A stretch of 64,000 nt of DNA. Origin: an uncultured Actinomycetota bacterium (lineage in GTDB: Bacteria; Actinomycetota; Actinomycetes; JAHEKZ01). Location of the stretch: assembly GCA_963718235.1 (NCBI GenBank), contig CAVQYR010000001.1, forward strand, positions 1,600,001 through 1,664,000, written 5' to 3'. The position numbers and the translations under genes are program-made. Shown here piece by piece: positions 22,980-34,863 of the stretch (position 1 is its first letter; each line of letters starts with the position of its first letter). The notes beneath the pieces are model-generated. The model was not told where the DNA came from, searched no databases, and worked only from the letters and a program-made list of their open reading frames with translations.

Positions 22980-23500
22980 CCGACCCCACGCCACCCCCGG
23001 ACCCAGACCCAGACCCTGATCCTCAGCCCGGCTCGCCGCCCGACCCCTACGCCGCGCCGCCCCCACCGCCCCCACCGCCCTACCCACCGCAGTACCCAGC
23101 CCAGTACCCAGCCCAGTACCCAGCCCAGTACCCGGCCCAGTACCCAGCCCAGTACCCAGCCCAGGGCTACCCCTACCCGGTCAACCCACCGACGTCGGGC
23201 AAGGCGATCGCCTCGCTCGTGCTCGGCATCGTCGGCCTCTTCGCCCTGTGCGCCTACGGACTGGGTCTGGTCGCCGCGATCCTCGCGGTCGTGTTCGGGT
23301 TCCTGGCCCGTGCGGACATCCGCCGGGCCCAAGGCGCTCTGGGCGGCGACGGCCTGGCCAAGGCCGGCCTGGTCACCGGGTTCATCGGGATCGGCCTCGC
23401 GGTGCTCGGGCTGCTGCTCGTGATCGGGCTGCTGGTCAGCGGCCGCGGTGAGTGGGGAGGGGCCGACTCGACCCAGACCACGGTCGACTCCGGGTTCTGA
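22976..23500 (+). CDS. DUF4190 membrane protein with Pro/Tyr/Gln-rich N-terminus
   Basis: TSGKAIASLVLGI...G..A..I.....GDGLAKAGL. Confidence 0.85.
   Translation: MTDPTPPPDPDPDPDPQPGSPPDPYAAPPPPPPPPYPPQYPAQYPAQYPAQYPAQYPAQYPAQGYPYPVNPPTSGKAIASLVLGIVGLFALCAYGLGLVAAILAVVFGFLARADIRRAQGALGGDGLAKAGLVTGFIGIGLAVLGLLLVIGLLVSGRGEWGGADSTQTTVDSGF
23090..23161 (+). repeat. 12-bp tandem repeat CAGTACCCRGCC x6 (QYPA)
   Basis: Read directly from the sequence; in frame within the DUF4190 gene. Confidence 0.93.
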
Positions 23501-23647
23501 GCGACGCGCCGAGACCACCCGGCCCGACGGGCGGTCGGGCTGACACAATGGCGTGTGGTCGGCCACCCCGGGCCACGCCCGATGGTGGCCTCGGGGCGAG
23601 ACCGATGTGACGTGCCAGCGAATGAGAGTGCGAGCGAAGGAGCACCG

Positions 23648-23884
23648 ATGGCCCACGAGGCGAAGCACTACCACCACGGGAACACCCCCGCGGCCTGGAC
23701 CGCCGTGACCATCATCATGATCGCCTTCGTGGTCGGAGCCGTCGGTGTGGTCGTGGCCCAGCCGTGGCTGTTCTGGGTCGGCGTCGCGATGGTGGCGCTC
23801 GGCATCGTCGTCGGTTACGTCATGGCCCTGATGGGCTACGGCCAGCCCCGCGAGGAGCACCAGGCCGCCAGCGCCGGGGCCTGA
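23648..23884 (+). CDS. HGxxPAAW family small membrane protein
   Basis: HHGNTPAAW followed by two TM helices; SD AAGGAG. Confidence 0.9.
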   Translation: MAHEAKHYHHGNTPAAWTAVTIIMIAFVVGAVGVVVAQPWLFWVGVAMVALGIVVGYVMALMGYGQPREEHQAASAGA

Positions 23885-23891
23885 CCGGGCC

Positions 23892-24350
23892 GTGCCTGCG
23901 CCCCGAGACCTGACCCAGGTCGCTGTGCCGCCCGCCCCAGCACAGCGGCGCGATCCGTCACACGCGATGGTCGCCCCTCTCGTCGTCGGCGGGCTCGGCC
24001 TCGCGTCGTGCGCCGCGCTCGCTCTGGTCGACCCCACCGGTGGCCCGCCGACCTGCCCGCTCAAGGCCCTCACCGGGCTCGACTGCCCGTTCTGCGGCGG
24101 GCTGCGTGGCACCCACGAGCTGCTGACCGGGAACGTGGGCGCCGCGTTCGACCAGAACCTCCTGCTCCCGCTGTTCCTCGTGGGCGCAGCGCTGGCCTGG
24201 CTGCTGTGGGTCCGGGTCTCCAGGAGCGGACGAGGCCGCGTGTGGTGGGGTGGGCGGACAGCCGCAGTGACGGTGTCGGTAGCCCTGCTCGCCTTCACGG
24301 TGGTCCGCAACCTGCCCGACATCCCCTACCTCCCGTCCGGTCTGGGCTGA
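23892..24350 (+). CDS. DUF2752 membrane protein
   Basis: CPLKALTGLDCPFCGGLR and F.VVRNLP. Confidence 0.88.
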   Translation: MPAPRDLTQVAVPPAPAQRRDPSHAMVAPLVVGGLGLASCAALALVDPTGGPPTCPLKALTGLDCPFCGGLRGTHELLTGNVGAAFDQNLLLPLFLVGAALAWLLWVRVSRSGRGRVWWGGRTAAVTVSVALLAFTVVRNLPDIPYLPSGLG

Positions 24351-24409
24351 CCGCGCCGTTACCCTCGTAGGACGCCGGTGACCGCACCGGCCCGGCGAGA
24401 GGACACCGC

Positions 24410-25225
24410 GTGAGCGTGCTCGACGACATCGTCGCCGGCGTGCGCGAGGACCTCGCCGTCCGCCAGGCCGCGCTCCCGCTGGACGCGCTCAAGCAGCAGG
24501 CCGAGCGCACCCCGGCCCCGATCGATGCCCTCCGGCTGCTGCGCGACCACGAGGGCGTGGCGATCATCGCCGAGGTCAAGCGGTCGTCCCCCTCCAAGGG
24601 GACGTTGGCCAGCATCGACGACCCGGCCGCACTCGCCCGCGCGTATGAGTCCGGCGGCGCAAGTGCGATCAGCGTCCTGACCGAGCAGCGGCGGTTCGGC
24701 GGCACCCTCGAAGACCTGCGCACCGTCCGGGCAGCCGTCGACGTTCCGGTCCTGCGCAAGGACTTCATCGTGACCAGCTACCAGCTGTGGGAGGCCAGGG
24801 CCGCCGGGGCCGACCTGGCGCTGCTCATCGTGGCCGCCCTCGAGCAGTCAGCCCTCGTGTCGCTCATCGAGCGGGCCGAGTCGTTGGGGCTGACGCCGCT
24901 GGTGGAGGTGCACGACGTCGAGGAGGCCGAGCGAGCCGTCGCCGCCGGTGCCCGACTGATCGGCGTCAACGCCCGCAACCTGCACACCCTCGAGGTCGAC
25001 CGGGACACCTTCTCCCAGGTGATGCCGCACCTGCCGGACGACGTCGTCAAGGTTGCCGAGTCAGGAGTACGCGGACCCCACGACCTGCTCGGCTACGTCC
25101 ACGCCGGCGCCGACGCGGTCCTCGTCGGGGAGAGCCTGGTCAAGGGCGACGACCCGCGAGCCGCGGTGGCCGACCTCGTCGCCGCCGGTGCGCACCCGGC
25201 CCTGCGTCAGGGGAGGCAGCCATGA
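24410..25225 (+). CDS. trpC: Indole-3-glycerol phosphate synthase
   Basis: [34 protein letters not shown]. Confidence 0.97.
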   Translation: MSVLDDIVAGVREDLAVRQAALPLDALKQQAERTPAPIDALRLLRDHEGVAIIAEVKRSSPSKGTLASIDDPAALARAYESGGASAISVLTEQRRFGGTLEDLRTVRAAVDVPVLRKDFIVTSYQLWEARAAGADLALLIVAALEQSALVSLIERAESLGLTPLVEVHDVEEAERAVAAGARLIGVNARNLHTLEVDRDTFSQVMPHLPDDVVKVAESGVRGPHDLLGYVHAGADAVLVGESLVKGDDPRAAVADLVAAGAHPALRQGRQP

Positions 25226-26478
25226 CCACAGCGCCCGAGCAGGCCCGCACGGTGTCCGAGCCGGACGCCACCGGGCACTTCGGTCCGTACGGTGGCCGCT
25301 TCGTGCCGGAGGCCCTGGTCGCCGCGCTCGACGAGCTGGCCGAGGCCTTCGACGCTGCGCGTGACGACCCGGAGTTCCTAGCCCGCCTCGACGGGCTCCA
25401 GCGCACCTACACCGGCCGCCCGAGCCCGCTCACCGACGCGACCCGGTTCAGCGAGCAGTGCGGCGGCGCCCGGGTCCTGCTCAAGCGTGAGGACCTCAAC
25501 CACACCGGCTCACACAAGATCAACAACGTGCTCGGACAGGCGCTGCTCACCCAGCGGATGGGCAAGACCCGGGTGATCGCCGAGACCGGAGCCGGTCAGC
25601 ACGGTGTGGCCACCGCCACGGCCTGTGCGCTGCTGGGCCTCGACTGCGTGGTCTACATGGGCGAGGAGGACACCCGGCGCCAGGCCCTCAACGTGGCCCG
25701 GATGAAGCTGCTCGGGGCCGAGGTCGTGCCGGTGATGTCGGGCTCGCGCACCCTCAAGGACGCGATCAACGAGGCGATGCGCGACTGGGTCACCAACGTC
25801 GACACCACGCACTACCTGCTCGGAACCGTCGCCGGACCCCACCCGTTCCCCTACATGGTGCGCGAGTTCCACAAGGTCATCGGCGAGGAAGCCCGCCAGC
25901 AGGTGCTCGACCTGACCGGGCGGCTCCCCGACGCCGTCATCGCCTGTGTCGGCGGCGGCAGCAACGCGATCGGCATCTTCTACCCGTTCATCGGTGACGA
26001 GGCGGTGCGCCTCTACGGCTTCGAGGCCGGCGGCGAGGGTGTGGAGACCGGGCGCCATGCGGCGACGATCACCGGGGGAGCGCCGGGCGTGCTGCACGGC
26101 GCCCGCTCGTACCTGCTGCAGGACGACATGGGGCAGACGATCGAGAGCCACTCGATCTCGGCAGGGCTCGACTACCCCGGGGTCGGTCCCGAGCACTCGT
26201 TCCTCAACGACCTCGGACGGGCCACCTATGCGCCCGTCACCGATGCCGAGGCCATGGCCGCGTTCGAGCTGCTGTGCCGCACCGAGGGCATCATCCCCGC
26301 CATCGAGTCGGCCCATGCGCTCGCCGGAGCCATCACCGTCGGGCGCGACCTCGGGCCTGACGCCGTGCTGCTGGTCAACCTGTCCGGCCGCGGCGACAAG
26401 GACGTCGAGACCGCAGCGCGCTGGTTCGGGCTGGCGTCCGAGGCCGGCCCACAGGTCAGCGCCGAGGAGCCGAAGTGA
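25222..26478 (+). CDS. trpB: Tryptophan synthase beta chain
   Basis: [48 protein letters not shown]. Confidence 0.98.
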   Translation: MTTAPEQARTVSEPDATGHFGPYGGRFVPEALVAALDELAEAFDAARDDPEFLARLDGLQRTYTGRPSPLTDATRFSEQCGGARVLLKREDLNHTGSHKINNVLGQALLTQRMGKTRVIAETGAGQHGVATATACALLGLDCVVYMGEEDTRRQALNVARMKLLGAEVVPVMSGSRTLKDAINEAMRDWVTNVDTTHYLLGTVAGPHPFPYMVREFHKVIGEEARQQVLDLTGRLPDAVIACVGGGSNAIGIFYPFIGDEAVRLYGFEAGGEGVETGRHAATITGGAPGVLHGARSYLLQDDMGQTIESHSISAGLDYPGVGPEHSFLNDLGRATYAPVTDAEAMAAFELLCRTEGIIPAIESAHALAGAITVGRDLGPDAVLLVNLSGRGDKDVETAARWFGLASEAGPQVSAEEPK

Positions 26479-27291
26479 CGGCGCTCGACGACCTGTTCGT
26501 CCGCACGCGGGCCGAGGGTCGGGCCGCTCTGATCGGGTACCTGCCGGCCGGGTACCCGAGCGTCGACGGTGCGATCGACGCGGCTCGCGCCATGGTCCAC
26601 GGCGGGGTCGACGCGGTCGGAGATCGGCCTGCCCTACTCCGACCCCCTGCTCGATGGCCCGACCATCCAGGAGGCGGTCGACGCGGCACTCGCCCACGGC
26701 GTCACCACCGACGACGTCATGCGCACGGTGGCGCAGGTGGCGGACACGGGTACTCCGACCCTGGTGATGAGCTACTGGAACCCGATCGAGCGCTACGGCG
26801 TGACCCGCTTCGCCGATGCGCTCCGAGCCGCCGGAGGGGTCGGGGCGATCACCGCCGACATCACCCCCGATGAGGCGGGCGGCTGGATCGCCGCGGCCGA
26901 GGCGGCCGAGCTGAACCGGGTCTTCCTGGTGGCCCCCTCGTCGACCGATGCGCGGATCGCCCTGACCACGGGCCAGGCCACCGGGTTCGTGTACGTGGCC
27001 GCGGTGATGGGCGTCACCGGTGCGCGAGACCAGGTCGGACCGTCGGCGCGAGCTCTCGTCGAGCGCACCCGGGCGATGACCACGAAACCGTTGTGCGTCG
27101 GCCTCGGCGTGTCGACCGGGGACCAGGCGGCCGAGGTCGCACGCTATGCCGACGGGGTCATCGTCGGTTCGGCCTTCGTGCGCCGGCTCCTCGATGCCGA
27201 CACCCCGGAAGACGGGATCGCAGCGGTGCGCGCGCTGGCGGCCGAGCTGGCCGAAGGGGTGCGCTCCGCACGACGGGAGACGGTGGTTTGA
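26475..27291 (+). CDS. trpA: Tryptophan synthase alpha chain; frameshift near 26620
   Basis: [10 protein letters not shown] / [37 protein letters not shown]. Confidence 0.93.
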
Positions 27292-27916
27292 GCACGTCGA
27301 CCACGGGGGCCGAGACCCCCGCACGGGCGTTCGCCGGCGGTGGCGCGCAGATGTGGCTGTCCACCCTCGCCCGGGTGGTGCTCGCCGGTGTGCTGTTCTT
27401 CGCCTCCTACCAGAAGATCCTCGAGCCCCGGCAGGCGGCGTCGGCGGTCCAGGCCTACCAGATCCTTCCGGCGTCGATGGCCGAGCTCGTCGGGTACGCG
27501 CTGCCCCTGGTCGAGCTGGGGCTCGCCGTGATGCTGCTGCTGGGCTTCGGCACCCGGATCGCCGCGTGGCTCACGGCCGGCCTGATGGCGGTGTTCATCG
27601 CCGGCGTCCTGTCGGTGTGGGCCCGTGGGCTGTCGATCGACTGCGGGTGCTTCGGTGGCGGCGGCGCCGTGCCGGAGGGGGAGGCCAGCTACCTCCCGGT
27701 CGTCCTGCGCGACAGCCTGTTTCTCGGCCTCGCGGTGTGGCTGGTCTCTTTCCCACCAGCCGGTGGGCCATCGACCGAAGTGGCCGGGCCGGGACGGGCG
27801 ACCTCGGTGTCTACGACGAGCTCACCGAGCCCGACCCCGAGGCCGTCGACGACGAACTCACCGCAGCCGCCGAGCAGATCGACCGGCGCACGACGCACGA
27901 GGAGCCGCACCGATGA
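27288..27916 (+). CDS. MauE/DoxX family redox-associated membrane protein; frameshift near 27750
   Basis: AVQAYQILP, LP..EL, ARGLSIDCGCFG, LRD; the tail SRWAID continues in another frame. Confidence 0.85.
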
Positions 27917-28674
27917 GCAGCAAGGAAAGCAAGCGCAGCGCGCGCGACCAGCTGGCCGAGCAGCGCAAGGCGCAGGCGGCGGCCGACAAGCGCAAGCAGA
28001 CGATCACCAACACGGTGATCGTGGTGGTGGTCGTGGCCGTGGTGATCGGGATCTTCGTGGCCGTGCAGGCCAGCCGCACCTCCGGCCCGGACACCGCCGC
28101 CTTCCCTGCGACTGTCACCGAGCAGGGTGCCGGCGTGGTGGTGGGGTCGGCGGACGCTCCGGTCACCCTCGACCTCTGGGAGGACTTCCAGTGCCCGATC
28201 TGCAAGGACTTCGAGGCCTCGGTCGGTGAGGACATGGCGGCCCTGGTCGACGACGGGACACTCAAGGTCGTGATCCACCCGGTGTCCTTCCTCGACGCCC
28301 AGCTGAACAACCTGGCGTCGATCCAGGCCGCCGCAGCCTTGGGCTGTGCCGCCGACGCCGGCAAGCCGCTGGAGTTCCACGGCACCGTCTTCGCCAACCA
28401 GCCCGCGACCGAGGGCGACGGCTGGACGATCGACCAGCTGGTCCAGTGGGGCAAGGACTCCGGGATCGACGACGCCGACTTCGAGCCCTGCGTCACCGAC
28501 CAGGTCTACGCGCCGTGGGGCGAGCAGGTGCTGGCGAGCATGACCGACGCCGGTGTCACCGGTACCCCGACCCTGTTCATCGACGGTGAGAAGGTCAGCG
28601 ACGAGGACCGGGCCGCGATGACCCTCGACTCCAAGAAGTTCGTCCAGGCGATCGAGGACGCTGCCCAGTCGTGA
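27913..28674 (+). CDS. Membrane-anchored DsbA-like thioredoxin-fold oxidoreductase
   Basis: TM anchor, EDFQCPIC, GVTGTPT cis-Pro loop. Confidence 0.92.
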   Translation: MSSKESKRSARDQLAEQRKAQAAADKRKQTITNTVIVVVVVAVVIGIFVAVQASRTSGPDTAAFPATVTEQGAGVVVGSADAPVTLDLWEDFQCPICKDFEASVGEDMAALVDDGTLKVVIHPVSFLDAQLNNLASIQAAAALGCAADAGKPLEFHGTVFANQPATEGDGWTIDQLVQWGKDSGIDDADFEPCVTDQVYAPWGEQVLASMTDAGVTGTPTLFIDGEKVSDEDRAAMTLDSKKFVQAIEDAAQS

Positions 28675-28711
28675 CGCCATGCTGACCCTGCCGGGCTGGA
28701 GCCACGGAGGG

Positions 28712-29663
28712 ATGCTCGGCGCGGTGCCGACGTCCATTCCGAGCCCTCCGGACGGCGTGTGGTACCTGGGCCCGCTCCCGCTGCGTGGGTACGCGCTCAG
28801 CATCATCGTCGGGATCGCGTTGGCGATCTGGATCGGTGAACGGCGCTGGAGGGCACGCGGGGGCCAGCCCGGCCTGGTGATGGACGTCGCGCTGTGGGCC
28901 GTCCCGTTCGGGATCGTCGGTGGGCGGCTCTACCACGTGGTCACGTCCCCGCAGGCCTACTTCGGGGAGGGCGGGGCCCCCCTCGACGCGCTGAAGATCT
29001 GGCAGGGCGGGCTCGGGATCTGGGGAGCAGTCGCGCTGGGCGGTGTCGGCGCCTGGATCGGCTGTCGCCGTCATGGGGTGCCCCTGCCGCCGTTCGGTGA
29101 TGCGGTGGCTCCCGGCATCGCCGTGGCCCAGGCGGTCGGCCGGTGGGGCAACTGGTTCAACCAGGAGCTGTTCGGCGGCCCCACAGACCTGCCCTGGGGG
29201 CTGGAGATCGACCCGCAGCACCGCCCGGTCGGGTACGAGGACGTGGCCACCTTCCATCCGACGTTCCTGTACGAGTGCCTCTGGTTGCTGGGCGTCGCCG
29301 CCGTCGTCGTGTGGGCCGACCGCCGGTGGCGGCTCGGTCACGGCCGGGTGTTCGCGCTCTACGTGGCGCTGTACTGCGTGGGTCGGTTCTGGATCGAGCT
29401 GATGCGGGTCGACCCGGCCAACGAGATCCTCGGCCTGCGGGTCAACACCTGGGTCAGCGGCCTGGTGTTCGTCGGCGCCGTCGCCTACTTCGTCTCGTCG
29501 GCGCGGCTGCGTCCAGGTCGTGAGGATCCGGTCGAGCTGCGTGGCGCGGCCGTCCCCGACCCCGTCCCTGCCCCAGTCCCTGCCCCCGAGGCCAGACCCG
29601 GGCCCGAGCCGGGCGCCGGGCAGGACACCGGGCAGGACACTGGGCCGGGGGGTCAGCCCATGA
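28712..29663 (+). CDS. lgt: Prolipoprotein diacylglyceryl transferase (as sequenced it reads in frame into VIT1, to 30376)
   Basis: GGRLYHV, IWQGGLGIWG, GRWGNWFNQELFG, HPTFLYE, RFWIELMR. Confidence 0.93.
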
Positions 29664-30376
29664 GCCCGGCCGAGGTCCACCACGCGCACCGTGACGTGAC
29701 CGGAGGATGGCTGCGACCGGCCGTGTTCGGGGCCAGCGACGGCCTGGTCAGCAACGTCGCGCTGATCGCCGGTGTGGCCGGCGGTACGTCTGCGGCAGAC
29801 ACGGGTGGACCGACCGCCGTTGCCCTCGCCGGGCTGGCCGGGCTGGCCGCCGGTGCGTTCTCGATGGCCGTGGGTGAGTACGTGTCCGTGGCCTCGCAGA
29901 CCGAGCTCGCCCAGGCCGAGATCGAGAACGAGCGCAACGAGCTGACCCACCGGCCGGAGGCCGAGCGCGCCGAGCTGACCCAGGCCTACGTCAGCCGCGG
30001 CCTCGACCCGACGCTCGCCGCCCAGGTCGCCGAGCAGCTGTCGAGGGACGAGGACCGAGCCTTGCGGGTGCACGTCCGCGAGGAGCTCGGCCTGGACCCG
30101 GACGACCTGCCGTCACCCTGGCTTGCGGCCTTCTCGTCGTTCCTGGCCTTCAGCGTCGGCGCCCTGGTCCCGGTGCTGCCGTACCTGCTCGGCGCACAGA
30201 ACCTGTGGCCCACACTGGCGGTCTCGCTCGTCTCGCTCTTCCTGGTGGGCGTGCTCGTGGCCCAGGTCACCGTGCGCCCGTGGTGGTACTCCGGTCTGCG
30301 TCAGATGCTGCTCGGTGGTGCGGCCGCCTTGTTGACGTTCGCCTTCGGTTCACTGGTGGGCAGCGGGCTCGGCTGA
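29660..30376 (+). CDS. VIT1/CCC1 family Fe/Mn transporter
   Basis: GWLRPAVFGASDGLVSN, GAFSMAVGEYVSV, HVREELG. Confidence 0.92.
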   Translation: MSPAEVHHAHRDVTGGWLRPAVFGASDGLVSNVALIAGVAGGTSAADTGGPTAVALAGLAGLAAGAFSMAVGEYVSVASQTELAQAEIENERNELTHRPEAERAELTQAYVSRGLDPTLAAQVAEQLSRDEDRALRVHVREELGLDPDDLPSPWLAAFSSFLAFSVGALVPVLPYLLGAQNLWPTLAVSLVSLFLVGVLVAQVTVRPWWYSGLRQMLLGGAAALLTFAFGSLVGSGLG

Positions 30377-30399
30377 GCGGCGCCGATAGGGTCGAGGCC

Positions 30400-31845
30400 A
30401 TGCGTCGAGCCAAGATCGTTGCCACGTTGGGCCCGGCGTCCGACACCCCGGGGATGATCGGTGCGCTGGTGGAGGCCGGCGTCGACGTCGTCCGGTTCAA
30501 CCTCAGTCACGGCTCGCAGCCTGAGCACGAGTCCAACCTCCGGCACGTCCGGGCGGCCGCGGAGGCAGCCGGTCGTGCGGTGGGCGTGCTCGCCGACCTG
30601 CAGGGCCCGAAGATCCGCCTGGGCCGGTTCGCCGAGGGGCCGGCGCTGCTCAAGACCGGCGCCGACTTCGCGATCACCACCGACCCGGTCGAAGGCGACG
30701 CGCACCTGGTCGGGACCACCTACGCCGGACTCGCCGGTGACGTGGTCGTCGGCGACCCGATCCTCGTCGACGACGGCCGGGTGGCCCTGGAGGTCCAGTC
30801 GGTCGACGGCCCGGTCGTGCACACCCGGGTGGTCGAAGGGGGCACGGTCAGCGACAACAAGGGGCTCAACCTTCCCGGCGCGCACGTCAATGTCCCGGCG
30901 TTGTCCCCCAAGGACGTCGACGACCTCCGGTGGGCCCTGCGTCTGGGGTTCGACCTGGTGGCGCTGTCGTTCGTGCGCACGGCCGAGGACATCGTCGCCG
31001 TCCGGTCGATCATGGACGACGAGGGCGTCACCACCCCCGTGATCGCCAAGATCGAGAAGCCGCAGGCCGTCGAGCACCTCGAGGGCATCATCGAGGCCTT
31101 CGACGCGATCATGGTCGCCCGTGGCGACCTCGGCGTCGAGCTGCCCCTCGAGGAGGTGCCCCTGGTGCAGAAGCGCGCCGTGATGCGAGCGCGCGAGAAG
31201 GGCAAGCCCGTCATCGTGGCCACCCAGATGCTGGAGTCGATGATCGGGGCGTCACGCCCCACCCGGGCCGAGGCCTCCGACGTCGCCAACGCCGTCCTCG
31301 ACGGCGCCGACGCACTGATGCTGTCCGGGGAGACGAGCGTGGGCCGCTACCCGATCGAGGCGGTCGAGACCATGAGCCGGGTCATCACCGCGGTCGAGGA
31401 CGGCGCGCTCGACCGGATCCCCGCCCTCCAGGGAACACCGACGACCAAGGGTGGGGCGATCGCCCGGGCCGCCGTCGGCGTCGCGGACCTCGTCGACGCG
31501 AAGTTCCTGGTCGCGTTCACCGAGACCGGGCGCTCGGCCCGGGTCCTGGCCCGCTACCGCTCGACGGTGCCGCTGCTGGCGTACACGCCGGTGCCCCAGG
31601 TGCGGCAGGTGCTGTCCCTGACGTGGGGGGTCGAGTCGTTCCTGGTCGACCCGGTGACCCACACCGACCAGATGGTGCGCCAGGTCGACCGCCACCTCAT
31701 CGACTCCGGCCGCTGCCGGGTGGGGGACCACGTCGTGATCGTGGCCGGGAGCCCGCCCGGAATCCCCGGGTCGACCAACGCCATGCGCGTGCACCGGATC
31801 GGCGACGCCGTGGGTCGGGTGGCGGCGGCCTACGCGGAGGACTGA
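30400..31845 (+). CDS. pyk: Pyruvate kinase
   Basis: KIVATLGP, RFNLSHG, DLQGPKIR, MVARGDLG, ATQMLES, MLSGE. Confidence 0.98.
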   Translation: MRRAKIVATLGPASDTPGMIGALVEAGVDVVRFNLSHGSQPEHESNLRHVRAAAEAAGRAVGVLADLQGPKIRLGRFAEGPALLKTGADFAITTDPVEGDAHLVGTTYAGLAGDVVVGDPILVDDGRVALEVQSVDGPVVHTRVVEGGTVSDNKGLNLPGAHVNVPALSPKDVDDLRWALRLGFDLVALSFVRTAEDIVAVRSIMDDEGVTTPVIAKIEKPQAVEHLEGIIEAFDAIMVARGDLGVELPLEEVPLVQKRAVMRAREKGKPVIVATQMLESMIGASRPTRAEASDVANAVLDGADALMLSGETSVGRYPIEAVETMSRVITAVEDGALDRIPALQGTPTTKGGAIARAAVGVADLVDAKFLVAFTETGRSARVLARYRSTVPLLAYTPVPQVRQVLSLTWGVESFLVDPVTHTDQMVRQVDRHLIDSGRCRVGDHVVIVAGSPPGIPGSTNAMRVHRIGDAVGRVAAAYAED

Positions 31846-32525
31846 GGGGACGACTCAGCGGAAGGCTGGGCGGAAGGCTGGGCGGACCGGGACGAGGCGT
31901 CGGCCGGCGGTCGCGGCTCGCGCCACATCGTGGTCACCGAGGGGCCGTCGTCGGGCAGCTGGAAGCGTCCAGTCACCTCGAAGCCGACTCCGCGGTAGCG
32001 CCCGAGGTTGACCGGGTTCGTGGACTCCAGGTACGCGGCCTGGCCCGCTGCGTCGATCCGGGTGAGGTTGTCGGCGAGCAGAGCCATGCCATAGCCGTGC
32101 CCTCGGTGGTGGGGGTCGGTGGCGAGCAGGCTCAGGTAGAAGTGCGGCTCGCTCGGGCGCGCGGCCGCGAACCGGTCCACCGTCTCGAGCAACCGGTCCG
32201 CGCCAGGGCCGAGCAGGGTCCGCGCGAACGCCTCGAAACCGGCCTCCTGCTCCGGCGTCAGCTCGCTGCACCCAGGGGGCAGCCACACGGTCGTGGCCTG
32301 GTCGCCCTCGCACAGCCACACCCAGTCGAACCGCATCGCTCCGTCGGCCAGGAGGGCCCAGAACTGCTGGTACTGACCCGCCCGCGGCCGCGGGTCGGAG
32401 AAGACGAACGACCAGGTGGGGTCGTCGAGGAACGCCGCGGTGACCACCGACGCGACCGCTGTCCGGTCGCGTGCCCCGCTGGCGCGCCGGGCCCGGCAGC
32501 CCCCTGCGGGGCCTGCGGTGGGCAA
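31830..32525 (-). CDS. GNAT family N-acetyltransferase (puromycin acetyltransferase-like)
   Basis: AAFLDDP, HFYL..LATDP.HRGHGYG, AYLEST...N...Y...GF. Start uncertain. Confidence 0.85.
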   Translation of the reverse strand: MPTAGPAGGCRARRASGARDRTAVASVVTAAFLDDPTWSFVFSDPRPRAGQYQQFWALLADGAMRFDWVWLCEGDQATTVWLPPGCSELTPEQEAGFEAFARTLLGPGADRLLETVDRFAAARPSEPHFYLSLLATDPHHRGHGYGMALLADNLTRIDAAGQAAYLESTNPVNLGRYRGVGFEVTGRFQLPDDGPSVTTMWREPRPPADASSRSAQPSAQPSAESSPQSSA

Positions 32526-32530
32526 CCCGC

Positions 32531-33025
32531 TCAGTCCAGCGGGACGGCGCGGCGCGCTTCGGGATTGAGCACGCCCCAGGCGATCAGCTGCTCGGTGAGC
32601 ACGCCCGGGGGCTGGTCGTAGATGACCGCAAGCGTGCGCAGGTCGTCCTGCCGGATCGACAGGATGCGTCCGTTGTAGTCGCCGCGCTGGCTTTGGATCG
32701 TCTGTGCGTAGCGGGCCAGCGGACCGGCCTTCTCCGCGGGCACCTGGCTGAGCTGCTCCAGGTCGATGACCAGGCGTGGGGGTGGCTCGGCCGCCCCGCC
32801 GGGGGATGACTCGGGCAGCAGCTCGGACACCGGGACGGCGTAGAAGTCGGCCAGCTCGGCCAGCTTCTGCACCGTGACCGCCCGGTCGCCGCGCTCGTAG
32901 GAGCCGACGACGACCGCCTTCCAGCGGCCGTCGGACTTCTCCTCGACGCCGTGGAGGGACAGCCCTTGCTGCTGGCGGATGGCCCTCAGCCGGGCCCCCA
33001 GCGCTCGCGCGTAGTCGGTGGACAT
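32531..33025 (-). CDS. bldD: BldD-type XRE regulator with c-di-GMP-binding C-terminal domain
   Basis: LRAIRQQQGLSLHGVEEKS.GRWKAVVVGSYERGDRAVTV and RGD-X8-RQDD; divergent from pyrR as in other actinomycetes. Confidence 0.93.
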   Translation of the reverse strand: MSTDYARALGARLRAIRQQQGLSLHGVEEKSDGRWKAVVVGSYERGDRAVTVQKLAELADFYAVPVSELLPESSPGGAAEPPPRLVIDLEQLSQVPAEKAGPLARYAQTIQSQRGDYNGRILSIRQDDLRTLAVIYDQPPGVLTEQLIAWGVLNPEARRAVPLD

Positions 33026-33133
33026 GCGTACCCCTTCGATCCGACGGCCCTGGGCGGTGCCGGTGCCGGCGTCTGTGGCTGTGCCGGAACCTGCACCGGT
33101 TCCCCTGACCGTGCCCCCTGACCGTTCCCCCCG

Positions 33134-33163
33134 GTCACGCACAGTAGCGTCACGGAGAGTGAC
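33134..33163. promoter_or_regulatory. Two tandem BldD-box-like 15-bp sites in the bldD promoter
   Basis: GTCACGCACAGTAGC and GTCACGGAGAGTGAC versus the consensus NTNACNCWGNGTNAN (2 and 1 mismatches). Confidence 0.7.
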
Positions 33164-33268
33164 CACCGCGTCAAGCCGAACGGCCAGATCGGATCCGCAG
33201 CGTCACCCTCCCGGCGTACCGCGACTGGGCCGGAGGTGGGGCTGCGTCGTGGGTGAGCGGCCCGATAG

Positions 33269-34859
<1,591 letters not shown>

Positions 34860-34863
<4 letters not shown>

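Noticed and set aside
17861-27291. Missing trpF as an incomplete Trp pathway
   Set aside because: The HisA homologue has PriA-type SGG and ARGW motifs, so it likely supplies TrpF activity; trpD and trpG usually lie elsewhere in Actinobacteria.
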